From an uncultured Methanosarcinales archaeon (lineage in GTDB: Archaea > Nanobdellota > Nanobdellia > Woesearchaeales > CAYSVS01): a stretch of 64,000 nt of DNA. The notes below the pieces were generated by a model. It searched no databases and had not been told where the DNA came from. It was given only the letters and a program-made list of their open reading frames with translations. Of this stretch, positions 48,479 to 57,666 are shown piece by piece. The stretch covers positions 936 through 64,935 of the forward strand of contig CAYZMD010000001.1 in NCBI GenBank assembly GCA_964479425.1, written 5' to 3'. Position 1 is the first letter of the stretch. Each line of letters starts with the position of its first letter. A program made the translations under genes and the position numbers.

Positions 48479-49494
48479 AACTAAAAGATATGCCTAAATT
48501 TAAAAGAGAAGAATCTCCAGAACATATAAGAAATATAATAGATTCTTTTTTTAATTATTTTCTAGATTTATCATATTTATTACACGAACCCGTTAAAATT
48601 CATTCAGGGATTGATACTTCAGTGCATTATATTGGGGCCCATATAAGCGTGTTAAAAAAATATCTTATAAATGATAATGTTCCGGAAAAAGGATTTGTGA
48701 TGTCTCAACCTTGTGTTAGAACACAAAATCTAAAAAAATATTCTGATGATTTTTATATTCCTAATTGGGGTTCTTTCTTTCATAGTTTAGGTGCTTTAGT
48801 AAGAATTGATAAAATTGAAGAAGCAACCGCACAAACTTTTGATTTGCTAAGAAACGTGTGGGGAATTAATGAAGAAGATATAATTTTAAGGGTAAGTAAA
48901 AAAGACAAGGATTTAATGGCTTTAGCAAAAGCAAATGCTTCTTCAGAATTTCTTGAAGTAGATACTATGAATCCTATATATTATAGACATAAATTTGGAT
49001 TGGAAACAATTTTCGGACGAAGTTTTAATATTGCTTTAAGAGATTATGAAAAAAACACTTATTCAGATATAGGAAATATAATAATTCTTGAAGATAGGAA
49101 TAAACCTGTGGGTGTTGAGATTGCTTTGGGAACTTCTACTGTGCTTAAGCAAGTACATGGTTTAAGTCATGTGTTGGATTGTCATCCTCTTTTGGGAACA
49201 GATATAATTGAACAAAAAAGTATTCGTTTAAAATTGGAAGATTGTATTATAACATCAATGCATCTTTATCATCAAGGTTTGGAACCTTCTAATAAACATA
49301 TTACAAATAGATTAATGAGAAAATATATGAAAAATATTGCAAAGGTTTTAGAAAAAGGATATTTTTCTGAAGATAATTTTTTAAATATGATTAAAAGATA
49401 TGAAAAATCTGAATTTGGAATTAATTCTCATACGCAAAGATTTATTTCCTATTTAGAATATTTTAATACAATTACGAAAAAAACTGTTTTGTAG
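48475..49494 (+). CDS. Stand-alone class II aaRS catalytic-core-like protein resembling the AlaRS N-terminal domain (no editing, tRNA-recognition or C-Ala domains)
   Basis: IRNIIDSFFNYF aligns with AlaRS EIRQAFLDFF. SQPCVRT aligns with SQRCVRAGG (motif 2). NWGSFFHSLG aligns with HHTFFEMLGNFSFG. GVEIALGTSTVLKQV aligns with DTGMGLERIAAVLQ. The AlaRS consensus is recalled from memory. ATGA overlap with the HIT gene. Confidence 0.45.
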   Translation: MKLKDMPKFKREESPEHIRNIIDSFFNYFLDLSYLLHEPVKIHSGIDTSVHYIGAHISVLKKYLINDNVPEKGFVMSQPCVRTQNLKKYSDDFYIPNWGSFFHSLGALVRIDKIEEATAQTFDLLRNVWGINEEDIILRVSKKDKDLMALAKANASSEFLEVDTMNPIYYRHKFGLETIFGRSFNIALRDYEKNTYSDIGNIIILEDRNKPVGVEIALGTSTVLKQVHGLSHVLDCHPLLGTDIIEQKSIRLKLEDCIITSMHLYHQGLEPSNKHITNRLMRKYMKNIAKVLEKGYFSEDNFLNMIKRYEKSEFGINSHTQRFISYLEYFNTITKKTVL

Positions 49495-49560
49495 ATTATG
49501 ATTTGATATTAGTAAACACGTATAACATCGGGTCATGTTATATCCAATCAAACTTAATTA

Positions 49561-49944
49561 CTAAAGAAGACCATCTTCCAATAATTTAGGAATTAATATT
49601 GTTTCAATTGTATATCTCATTTTGGGCAGATTATCTCTTGAAAACCAATCACACCCACCAATTTCTTGTGATGGAATAGGAGTTCCTCCATGTTTAACAA
49701 AATAACAATATACTTCTTGTTTTTGTTTATATACTTCATTAAAAGTTTTATAATTAATATATTCCCGTGTCGATACCAAATTTATTTTCAATTCCTCAGA
49801 AAGTTCTCTTTTAAGAGCTTCTTCATGGGTTTCACCTTCATCAACTTTTCCTCCCGGTGTCCAATAAACTTTTTTTTCTTTGTCTGTTACTAGAAGAATC
49901 TTTTTATCTTGAATAATTACCGCTGAAATACGATTAGCTAACAT
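49561..49944 (-). CDS. NUDIX hydrolase (stand-alone)
   Basis: Nudix box GGKVDEGETHEEALKRELSEELKI. Confidence 0.8.
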   Translation of the reverse strand: MLANRISAVIIQDKKILLVTDKEKKVYWTPGGKVDEGETHEEALKRELSEELKINLVSTREYINYKTFNEVYKQKQEVYCYFVKHGGTPIPSQEIGGCDWFSRDNLPKMRYTIETILIPKLLEDGLL

Positions 49945-49990
49945 AGAATTTGGGAAGGGTATGTAATTTAAAAGTTTTATGCAACTAAAC

Positions 49991-50004
49991 TCAAATCAAT
50001 TTGA
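49991..50004. promoter_or_regulatory. 14-bp palindrome TCAAATCAATTTGA (16 bp with flanks CTCAAATCAATTTGAG), putative operator
   Basis: The identical 14-mer recurs at 50750-50763. Each copy lies 37-38 nt upstream of the ATG of a wHTH-NUDIX paralog and next to a TATA-like stretch. Confidence 0.55.
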
Positions 50005-50041
50005 GGAATTCTTTATAAGGTTTCTAATTTTTCTTATTTTT

Positions 50042-50737
50042 ATGAATGATACTCAAAGGCAAATTCTATTGAAACTTATTCATCATCCTAAATTATCATT
50101 TACACAATTATTAGCTGGTAGGCGTGATTCTAATTTATTTGCTTATCACCTGACTACGTTAAAAGAGAAGAATATTATAGAATTAAATGATGGATTTTAT
50201 TCTCTATCTGACGAAGGTAGAAAGATGTCTGCTTTTATTGAGGGAGATACTGGTAAAAAGGCATTATTTCCTACGTTTGTTCATGGGCTTATTATAGAAA
50301 AAGATGGTAAAATCTTGGTACAAAAACGACTAAAAGAACCATTTTATGGATATTGGAGTTTAATCTCCGGAAAGATTAATTTAGGACTGAATATTGAAGA
50401 ATGTGCAAATCATGATCTTACAGAAGAAACTGGATTAATTGCAAATAGTAGTAAGATTATAGGTATTAACCAGATAAAAACACTAAAGGATAATAATCTT
50501 TCTTTTCATTGTATAGTATTTTTAGTAAAACTGTTTGGTATTCAAGGAGAGCTTATTGAAAAAACTCATAAAGGAATAAACAAGTGGATGACAATTGAGG
50601 AATATAAAAAACAGAAAAGGTTTCCGGATCCTTGGCTAGATGATGTGCTTAATGCTAAGGAATTCATTTTTTTAGAGACTGAAAGAACATTTGAAAATAA
50701 AGAGTTCGTAGATTTTAAAATTATTAAACAAAGGTAA
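50042..50737 (+). CDS. Winged-HTH + NUDIX fusion protein, putative Nudix-related transcriptional regulator, paralog 1 (the ORF-track start 49979 would include the operator)
   Basis: N-term QRQILLKLIHHPKLSFTQLL ... HLTTLKEKNIIE wHTH. Nudix box SGKINLGLNIEECANHDLTEETGL. Confidence 0.65.
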   Translation: MNDTQRQILLKLIHHPKLSFTQLLAGRRDSNLFAYHLTTLKEKNIIELNDGFYSLSDEGRKMSAFIEGDTGKKALFPTFVHGLIIEKDGKILVQKRLKEPFYGYWSLISGKINLGLNIEECANHDLTEETGLIANSSKIIGINQIKTLKDNNLSFHCIVFLVKLFGIQGELIEKTHKGINKWMTIEEYKKQKRFPDPWLDDVLNAKEFIFLETERTFENKEFVDFKIIKQR

Positions 50738-50749
50738 CACCAATTAAGC

Positions 50750-50763
50750 TCAAATCAATTTGA
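50750..50763. promoter_or_regulatory. Second copy of palindrome TCAAATCAATTTGA, with downstream TATA-like ttttatatttatata
   Basis: Exact repeat of 49991-50004. 38 nt upstream of the ATG at 50802. Confidence 0.55.
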
Positions 50764-50801
50764 CTTTTATATTTATATACTTCTAGATTTTTCCCTAAAT
50801 C

Positions 50802-51509
50802 ATGGGAAACGAAATCCAAGAATACATCATCAAAAAATTAATTCATAATCCTAATATGAGGTTTAATGAATTGCTGGATAAAAAATTTGAAAGTAATAAG
50901 TTTTCTTATCATATTAAACAATTAGAAGCAGTTGGATTAATTGAAAAAAAAGATGAAACCTATAGTTTAAGCCATGAGGGTAAAAAGTATTCAACCTTTA
51001 TTGAAGGAAATACTGGGGCTAAAGCCAAAGCTCCTTTGTCTGCTGTAATTATGTTTGCGATTAAAGGAGATAAAGTTCTTTTAATGAAAAGGTTAAAGGA
51101 ACCATTCTATGGTTGTTCTGGAGGACATGGTGGAAAAATTAAATTTAACCAATATCCTGATGAATGTGCAAAAGAAGAATTCAAAGAGGAGACAGGTCTT
51201 GATGCGGATGTTGAACTAAAAGGAATATATTTATCAAAAACATATAATAACAAAAAACAAAGTTATAATCATCAATTTTATATTTACTTATGTACTAATT
51301 TAGAGGGTGAATTGATAGAAAAAGATAGAGAAGGAGAGAATTATTGGATAGAAATTTCTAAAATTTATGAATTGTATATTTTTCCAGATGTTCCTAAATT
51401 GATAGAAATGTGCACTCGCCCAGGTTTTACAGTTTTTGAAGCTGATAGACACCAAGAAAATGACGAATTTAAAAACATGGTAATCAGAAAACACATTCAG
51501 TATTCATGA
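50802..51509 (+). CDS. Winged-HTH + NUDIX fusion protein, paralog 2
   Basis: IQEYIIKKLIHNPNMRFNELL ... HIKQLEAVGLIEK wHTH. Nudix box GGKIKFNQYPDECAKEEFKEETGL. Confidence 0.65.
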   Translation: MGNEIQEYIIKKLIHNPNMRFNELLDKKFESNKFSYHIKQLEAVGLIEKKDETYSLSHEGKKYSTFIEGNTGAKAKAPLSAVIMFAIKGDKVLLMKRLKEPFYGCSGGHGGKIKFNQYPDECAKEEFKEETGLDADVELKGIYLSKTYNNKKQSYNHQFYIYLCTNLEGELIEKDREGENYWIEISKIYELYIFPDVPKLIEMCTRPGFTVFEADRHQENDEFKNMVIRKHIQYS

Positions 51510-52060
51510 CCCGCACATAGAATTTTAAAATTATAACCAACTAATTTAACAATTGTATCTTTCATTTTTTCTTCATCTGATGTAGGTAAATCAGTTCTTC
51601 CAGTACCTTCATTTAGAAGAGTATCCCCACTATACAATATTTCATTTTCTTTATCCCATATACAAATGCTACCATTTGTATGCCCAGGAGTGTGTATTAT
51701 TTCATATTTTTCTAAAAGCTCTGATTCTTCAACATCAAGTAATTCAATATTAAATTTGTTTGCCATATCCTCATTCAAAATTACATTATTTTTATTCTCT
51801 TTAAAATCACAAATTGCTTCTTTGCTTGCATAGAATTTTGCGTTAGGAAATAAATCAAAATTACCTATGTGATCGTAATGTAAATGAGTAAAAATAACTT
51901 TATCAATTTTTTCTAAAGAAACAACTTTACTCAAAAAACTTTTTACCATTTCTCTATTCTTTCTATCTCCGGTATCAATTATAGCATTAATATCCTCAAT
52001 ATAATATAAATTAGAATCTGCATTTATTTTCCATACACCGTTAATAACTTTAGTAATCAT
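51497..52060 (-). CDS. Metallo-beta-lactamase-fold hydrolase (glyoxalase II-like)
   Basis: HLHYDHIGN (HxHxDH) and HTPGHTNGSICI. Confidence 0.75.
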   Translation of the reverse strand: MITKVINGVWKINADSNLYYIEDINAIIDTGDRKNREMVKSFLSKVVSLEKIDKVIFTHLHYDHIGNFDLFPNAKFYASKEAICDFKENKNNVILNEDMANKFNIELLDVEESELLEKYEIIHTPGHTNGSICIWDKENEILYSGDTLLNEGTGRTDLPTSDEEKMKDTIVKLVGYNFKILCAGHEY

Positions 52061-52389
52061 ATGTATCCTTTTCTATGTATAAAATGACTTAGGTATGCTG
52101 ATACTATTGCCAATAAAAATATTATTTTTAATGTAGCATTGCTTCCTACTAAAGCTCCTAATAAGAATCCTATCAGTGTAGCAATTGATACAAGATAGTA
52201 TGGAAAAATAGGATGTTTTCTTGCTAGCCATAAAGTTCTTCCAGCAACAATTCCACCAACACTACTAATAACATACAATGTATATTCATTTCTAAGCAAT
52301 AATGCTATGATAAAACCTAAAATAAACCCTAGAGCGGAATATCCTTCAGCCCAATGTTCCAAAAAACTAAGTCCTTTCTTATTCATCAT
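52057..52389 (-). CDS. Small integral membrane protein (3 TM)
   Basis: Hydrophobic profile; overlaps neighbours by 4 nt on both sides. Confidence 0.45.
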   Translation of the reverse strand: MMNKKGLSFLEHWAEGYSALGFILGFIIALLLRNEYTLYVISSVGGIVAGRTLWLARKHPIFPYYLVSIATLIGFLLGALVGSNATLKIIFLLAIVSAYLSHFIHRKGYI

Positions 52390-53129
52390 AGTTCTTTCTC
52401 ATATTTCCAATAGTATGTTCCCCAAATTACAGTCCCAATTACGAGCGCACCTAATAGGGTTATCAGTGTACTAAGTCTTAAGTAAATAAGTAAAGCTGCC
52501 CCAAGCAAAGCACCATATGAGAACGCATACGTTAATCTTGAAGCAAATAATAAATTAAACCCGTCTAGTGGCGGAATAAATAAATTTGTAAAAACTGCAT
52601 ATAATAAATTAACAACGATTGCTTTTTCAATCAAAACATTTGTAGATAAAAATGATATGTTAGATAAAATTCTGAAAAACAATGCCAATATTATGTTTGC
52701 CAAAGGACCAACAAATCCAATTAATCCTAGTGGCCAGTAATTTATTCCATATCTGAATTTCCCAAGTCTATGTTTTTCTAGCATTAAAGCAACAAATCCT
52801 CCAGGAAGCATAAACCATAGCTTTCCGTTGCTGATAAATGTAACAATTAAGCTTGCAGCTAATCCATACCACCAAACTTTATACACGAGTTTAAACCCCG
52901 CATGTAACGCAACAATTCTTTGAACAGAAATATGTACTAACACAGCAAGAGCGACAATTAATAATGAACTAAGCATATTCCAACCATAAAATATATCTAC
53001 AGTACTTGAAATCCTGCCGTCATTAAATCCCACTATAAATCCTAATATTAAAATTACAATAGCTAAACTTTTAATTTCTTCTTTAGAATATGCAAAAAAT
53101 TTTTGTATTTTTACTTTTAAGTCTAGCAT
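52386..53129 (-). CDS. Polytopic integral membrane protein (~7 TM), unknown function
   Basis: Hydrophobic profile; no recognisable catalytic motif. Confidence 0.45.
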   Translation of the reverse strand: MLDLKVKIQKFFAYSKEEIKSLAIVILILGFIVGFNDGRISSTVDIFYGWNMLSSLLIVALAVLVHISVQRIVALHAGFKLVYKVWWYGLAASLIVTFISNGKLWFMLPGGFVALMLEKHRLGKFRYGINYWPLGLIGFVGPLANIILALFFRILSNISFLSTNVLIEKAIVVNLLYAVFTNLFIPPLDGFNLLFASRLTYAFSYGALLGAALLIYLRLSTLITLLGALVIGTVIWGTYYWKYEKEL

Positions 53130-53218
53130 TGTTTACCTCTTTTTTTCTTCAGGAAAAAAGGGACTAGTAAATAAATTTCACTTACGTTGCCTCTTTTATA
53201 TGAATTATTTGATTTTGA

Positions 53219-53947
53219 TTATTTAAAGTTTTCTACAGTAAGGCTATAGCTGATTTTGTTATTCTCTTGAATCATCTTAAACATTTCATCTTCATGTCCT
53301 GCTCCAACTACTGCTAATATATGTTTATCGGGATTTTGTTGCATTATTTTTGATAAATTTCTTGCCATTATTACATTCCTTTCATGAACAAGGACTCTAT
53401 GAATATTTGGATATCTTTTTTTTAAAACCCTCATTATTTGTTTTATAACTTTTTTTCCAGGAACTTTAGTTAAGTCTAATTTTTCCATACCATATTTTTT
53501 CATTTCTCTTTTTTTGAAAAACACACCTTTAAGCATATCAACAAATAATTTCCACATTTCTTTTATTGTAAATGCCTTTGATAATTTTTGTAATGTAATA
53601 GAAATGTTTTGGTCAATTAATGCAATTTTGGCATTATGTTCTTTTGCCATTTTTACTGCAGTAAGCATATCTTCTCCTGGCTGTATTTGTACAATCTTAC
53701 CCATCTTCTTTTGAATCCAGCCTCCAATGACTGCAAACATGAATCCTTTAAATCCGATGTGTCTAATCTGTTTAAAGCTAATATGTTGTTGTTTCTTTTT
53801 TTGTAATAAAGCAGAAAGTCTATTTCTATCAAGTTCAACTGCTACAATATTAGGATTATTATCTATGATATACCTTTTTATCTCATTAACGCTTTGTTTA
53901 GCTATATGACTTGTTCCAATTATTGTTAAATTATGAATTCTATGCAT
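53219..53947 (-). CDS. TraB/PrgY/GumN-family protein
   Basis: LTIIGTSHIAKQSVNEIKRYIIDNNPNIVAVELDRNR matches the TraB family N-terminal signature. Confidence 0.6.
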   Translation of the reverse strand: MHRIHNLTIIGTSHIAKQSVNEIKRYIIDNNPNIVAVELDRNRLSALLQKKKQQHISFKQIRHIGFKGFMFAVIGGWIQKKMGKIVQIQPGEDMLTAVKMAKEHNAKIALIDQNISITLQKLSKAFTIKEMWKLFVDMLKGVFFKKREMKKYGMEKLDLTKVPGKKVIKQIMRVLKKRYPNIHRVLVHERNVIMARNLSKIMQQNPDKHILAVVGAGHEDEMFKMIQENNKISYSLTVENFK

Positions 53948-54057
53948 TATTTTAGTAATATCTCTATTTTTTATAACCTTTTCTATGAATACTATATATT
54001 GTTGAACAGAAAAGTATATAAATAAGATTTGAAATATCTAGAACTAGGTGGTAATAC

Positions 54058-54333
54058 ATGCTTAAACTTAAAAGAATCTCTGAAACTTACGAAATGAAGG
54101 TTTTTACAGACCAAGGCGATTATTTTGGTGATATTGAAGAAAGTATTTTAACAAGCAACAAAGTGTTTGGTTGGAAAGTTAAAGCTTCAAGAAACTCATT
54201 TTTGAATAAAGTTTTGGGTAGCGCTAAAGGCGTAATTGTTCCACATCAGCTTGTAAAGAGCATTGGAGACATTATGATTATCAGCAAAGCTGCTGTACCA
54301 AGTTATAATTCAGAAGATGCAGGAGCAGAATAG
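54058..54333 (+). CDS. Small PRC-barrel-like protein
   Basis: YEMKVFTDQGDYFGDIEESIL ... GDIMIISKAA. SD-like aggtgg upstream. Confidence 0.4.
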   Translation: MLKLKRISETYEMKVFTDQGDYFGDIEESILTSNKVFGWKVKASRNSFLNKVLGSAKGVIVPHQLVKSIGDIMIISKAAVPSYNSEDAGAE

Positions 54334-54431
54334 ATTTAAACAGGATCTTATTAGATCCAATTTATTTTTGATTAATTATTCTTATCCTAGATTGCCCGAG
54401 GCAAAGGATAACATTAATTTACCAAACTAAG

Positions 54432-54782
54432 ATGAAGATAACTATTGACACACAACATGATTCTAAAGAAGATATTTTGAAAGCTATTGAACTATTAAGA
54501 AATTTGAGTGGAAACGTTAAAACAAATACAGCTACAAATATTTTTGATAACAATACTTCATCTTCAGAACCATCAAACATGATGAATATGTTTGGAAATA
54601 ATTCTTCAACTTCGTCTTCTGAAAACAATTCAAGCGTAATGGATATTTTTAATTCTACTCCGAAAGTAGAATCTCCTTCAAACTCAACAGATGCCATAAC
54701 TAACGTTTTTAGTGGTGTAAATGAAGATCCAAAAGAAGAAAAGGTTGAAGAACAAGCTCCAGGATTAATTTTCTTAGATTAA
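54432..54782 (+). CDS. Ser/Asn-rich low-complexity protein
   Basis: N-terminal structured ~30 aa, then NNSSTSSSENNSSV-type low complexity. Confidence 0.35.
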   Translation: MKITIDTQHDSKEDILKAIELLRNLSGNVKTNTATNIFDNNTSSSEPSNMMNMFGNNSSTSSSENNSSVMDIFNSTPKVESPSNSTDAITNVFSGVNEDPKEEKVEEQAPGLIFLD

Positions 54783-54815
54783 TTTTATATACTACTCTTA
54801 GCAATTTCTATCATA

Positions 54816-55226
54816 ATGAAAAAATTCGAATATTTAGAACATACAGCCGACGTTAAAATTAAGGCTTATGGTAATAATTTAGAAGAAACTTTCACAAATG
54901 TAGCTTTAGGGATGTTTAATCATTTAACAGATATTGAAAAAGTTAAACCAGTAATAAAGCACGAATTAAATATTAAGGCTAAAAGAGTAAAATCTCTATT
55001 ATATGATTTTTTAGAGGATTTACTTATTTTACTTGATACTGATGGATTTATTTTAAACAAAATAGAAAAAATATCAATAAAAGAAGAGGGCGAAGAATTT
55101 ATTCTTCATGCAATTTGTTATGGAGATTCTTATAAAAATTATGATGTGAATGGAAATATAAAATCTATAACTTATAATGATATGGAAATTACAGATAAAG
55201 AAATAATTGTGGTGGTAGACGTATGA
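54816..55226 (+). CDS. Archease (RtcB activator)
   Basis: FEYLEHTADVKIKAYGNNLEETFTNVALGMFN is the archease N-term signature. ATGA overlap with rtcB. Confidence 0.85.
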   Translation: MKKFEYLEHTADVKIKAYGNNLEETFTNVALGMFNHLTDIEKVKPVIKHELNIKAKRVKSLLYDFLEDLLILLDTDGFILNKIEKISIKEEGEEFILHAICYGDSYKNYDVNGNIKSITYNDMEITDKEIIVVVDV

Positions 55227-56644
55227 AATTAAAAAAAATAAATGATCATGAATATGAAATTGAAAAAGAAGGGGATATGAATGTTCCTGTTAAAATTTTC
55301 TCATCAGAAAAACTTATGGAAAATTTGAAAGGGGATAAAAGTCTTCAACAAGCTATAAACGTATCAAAGCTTCCAGGAATCTATAAAGCAAGCTGTATGT
55401 GTCCTGATGCTCACCAAGGATATGGCTTTAGTATTGGCGGTGTTGCAGCTTTTGATATAAAGAAAGGTCTAATAACTCCTGGCGGAATTGGATTTGATAT
55501 TAATTGTGGCGTAAGATTACTAACTACAAATTTAACTAAAGAACAAGTAGAACCTAAAATCAAAGAATTATTAGAAGTTTTATTCAAAAGGGTTCCTAGT
55601 GGTGTTGGTAGTGAATCCAAAATAAGATTAACTGACGCTCAGCTTGATTCCGTTCTTAAAAATGGAGGACAATGGGTTCTCGATAATGGATATGGCACAA
55701 AAGATGATGTCGAATTAGCAGAAGAAAACTCTAGAATGCCAGAAGCTGATCCAAGCAAAGTTAGCCAAAAAGCAAAATCAAGGGGTAGAAAACAATTAGG
55801 CACTCTTGGAGCGGGCAATCATTTCTTAGAAATTCAAATTGTTGATGAAATTTTTGATGAAGCCATTGCAAAAGAATTTGGTATTATAAAAAAAGATCAA
55901 ATTGTTATTATGATACATTGTGGAAGTAGGGGGTTAGGGCACCAAGTCTGCTCAGATTACTTAAGACGAATGGAAGAAGAAAATCCAGAGCTAGCAGATT
56001 CTTTACCTGAAAGAGATTTAGTTTACGCTCCTGCAGGAACAGAATTAGCAGAGGATTATTTTAAAGCAATGTCTGCTGCGGCTAATTATGCGTGGGCCAA
56101 TAGAACTGTTATAGCACACGAAGTTAGAGAAGGATTTAAGCAAGTTTTTGGCGACGTTGAAGTTTTACCAGTATATGATGTCGCACATAATATTGCAAAA
56201 AAAGAAAAACACATTATTGATGGTGAAGAAAAAGAAGTTTATTTGCACAGAAAAGGTGCAACTAGAAGCTTTCCTCCAGGACATCCTGACTTACCTGAAA
56301 AATATAAAAAAACAGGCCAGCCAGTATTAATTCCTGGAAGTATGGGAACCTCTTCATATATTTTGGTTGGCACACAAAAAGCAATGGAAGAATCTTTTGG
56401 TTCAACGGCGCACGGAGCGGGCAGAGCAATGTCAAGGCATGCAACAAGACAATTTAGAGCTGAAGATATTAAAAAAGAACTTGAAGAAAAACATATTTAT
56501 GTTAAATCAGCGTCGTGGAAAGGTATAGCAGAAGAATGTCCTCAAGCTTATAAAGATATAGACGAAGTAATTAAAGTTAGTCATGAAGCAGGAATCGGAA
56601 AATTAGTTGCTAAAGTTAGACCTTTAGGAGTTATTAAAGGTTAA
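55223..56644 (+). CDS. rtcB: RtcB RNA 3'-phosphate/tRNA-splicing ligase
   Basis: CMCPDAHQGYGFSIGGVAAFD, GAGNHFLEIQ and HCGSRGLGHQ metal-site motifs. 473 aa. Confidence 0.9.
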   Translation: MKLKKINDHEYEIEKEGDMNVPVKIFSSEKLMENLKGDKSLQQAINVSKLPGIYKASCMCPDAHQGYGFSIGGVAAFDIKKGLITPGGIGFDINCGVRLLTTNLTKEQVEPKIKELLEVLFKRVPSGVGSESKIRLTDAQLDSVLKNGGQWVLDNGYGTKDDVELAEENSRMPEADPSKVSQKAKSRGRKQLGTLGAGNHFLEIQIVDEIFDEAIAKEFGIIKKDQIVIMIHCGSRGLGHQVCSDYLRRMEEENPELADSLPERDLVYAPAGTELAEDYFKAMSAAANYAWANRTVIAHEVREGFKQVFGDVEVLPVYDVAHNIAKKEKHIIDGEEKEVYLHRKGATRSFPPGHPDLPEKYKKTGQPVLIPGSMGTSSYILVGTQKAMEESFGSTAHGAGRAMSRHATRQFRAEDIKKELEEKHIYVKSASWKGIAEECPQAYKDIDEVIKVSHEAGIGKLVAKVRPLGVIKG

Positions 56645-56659
56645 TTTTTTATTTTATTT

Positions 56660-57004
56660 TTATTTAGAATATCGTTTAAATATTTTTGTATCATAGCCTA
56701 TATTTTTTTTCTTCTTTCCAGAATATAATTTATATGTTATGTCCTTTTTTCTTCTTCTACATATTATTTCATTACTGCTCATTACATAAGACTCTAATTT
56801 TTTAATAATATTTTCTTTATTGGATTTTTTATTTATTATATCAATGTCTGAATCATACTCAACAAGATTGTTTTCAGCATCATAGTTCACGATATAGATT
56901 TCTTCAGGGTTCTTAAGTACAAAAACAAGTCTTTCAAAATTATCTTTTAGAATTATATCTGTTAATTCTTCAATAACTTTATCTTCCTGAACAGCTTTAG
57001 CCAT
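56660..57004 (-). CDS. Hypothetical protein
   Basis: ORF only; Lys-rich C-terminus. Confidence 0.35.
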   Translation of the reverse strand: MAKAVQEDKVIEELTDIILKDNFERLVFVLKNPEEIYIVNYDAENNLVEYDSDIDIINKKSNKENIIKKLESYVMSSNEIICRRRKKDITYKLYSGKKKKNIGYDTKIFKRYSK

Positions 57005-57041
57005 ATTTAATAGAATAATTAAGATTAATTATAAATTTACT

Positions 57042-57644
57042 CTATAATTCAATTATTTTTCCTTCTTTTCCAACATTAATTACTTTAGTATTTCCAATCA
57101 TTTCCTCAATACCTTCAGCTTCATGAACATGACTGCAAAGCATTATATCGGGCTTGAAAGTTTCTATTGCTTTTCTTATGCCACTAGAACCTTTGAAAAA
57201 AGAAGTGAATTTTTCCATTTTTGTACCTGTTGGATGTACGTGTGTAACCATAATTTTTTTCTTTAAATCTTTAATATATTCATGTCCCTTTTTTAATAGG
57301 TCATAAAATTCATCTTCAGAAATTTGATGCATTCCAATATTTGCGCCACCTGCTCCAAATAGCCCCACACCTTCTGCTTTTATTGAGTATCCGTGTAAGT
57401 TTGTAGCACCATATAATTCAGCTAAAAAATCAACTGTAGCATTACTCTCATGGTTACCAGGTATAATTATTACTTTTTGTTTACGCTTAACAAATGGACC
57501 AATAATTCCTTCTGTAGACATTTCACTCATAGTCAAATCTCCACATAAAACTACCATATCTACGTTTTCTTTTTCAGCACGCTCAGCAAGCTTTTCAGCT
57601 AAACTTGTGTCTCCGTGTATGTCTCCACTTGCTAATATTTTCAT
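57042..57644 (-). CDS. Calcineurin-like metallophosphoesterase
   Basis: ILASGDIHGD ... VLCGDL ... PGNHE motif series. Confidence 0.75.
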   Translation of the reverse strand: MKILASGDIHGDTSLAEKLAERAEKENVDMVVLCGDLTMSEMSTEGIIGPFVKRKQKVIIIPGNHESNATVDFLAELYGATNLHGYSIKAEGVGLFGAGGANIGMHQISEDEFYDLLKKGHEYIKDLKKKIMVTHVHPTGTKMEKFTSFFKGSSGIRKAIETFKPDIMLCSHVHEAEGIEEMIGNTKVINVGKEGKIIEL

Positions 57645-57666
57645 TTTATTATTTATAATATTAAAC

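Noticed and set aside
49495-49560. Inverted repeat ATAACATcgggtcATGTTAT between convergent genes, considered as a regulatory site.
   Set aside because: Position between two convergent stop codons fits a simple bidirectional terminator/structure. Nothing else suggests regulation.
52386-53129. 7-TM protein considered as a site-2 protease or archaeosortase (given PGF-like C-terminal anchors nearby).
   Set aside because: No HExxH or conserved Cys/Arg catalytic residues seen. Also, the giant protein's C-terminal anchor reads PFG, not PGF. No support.
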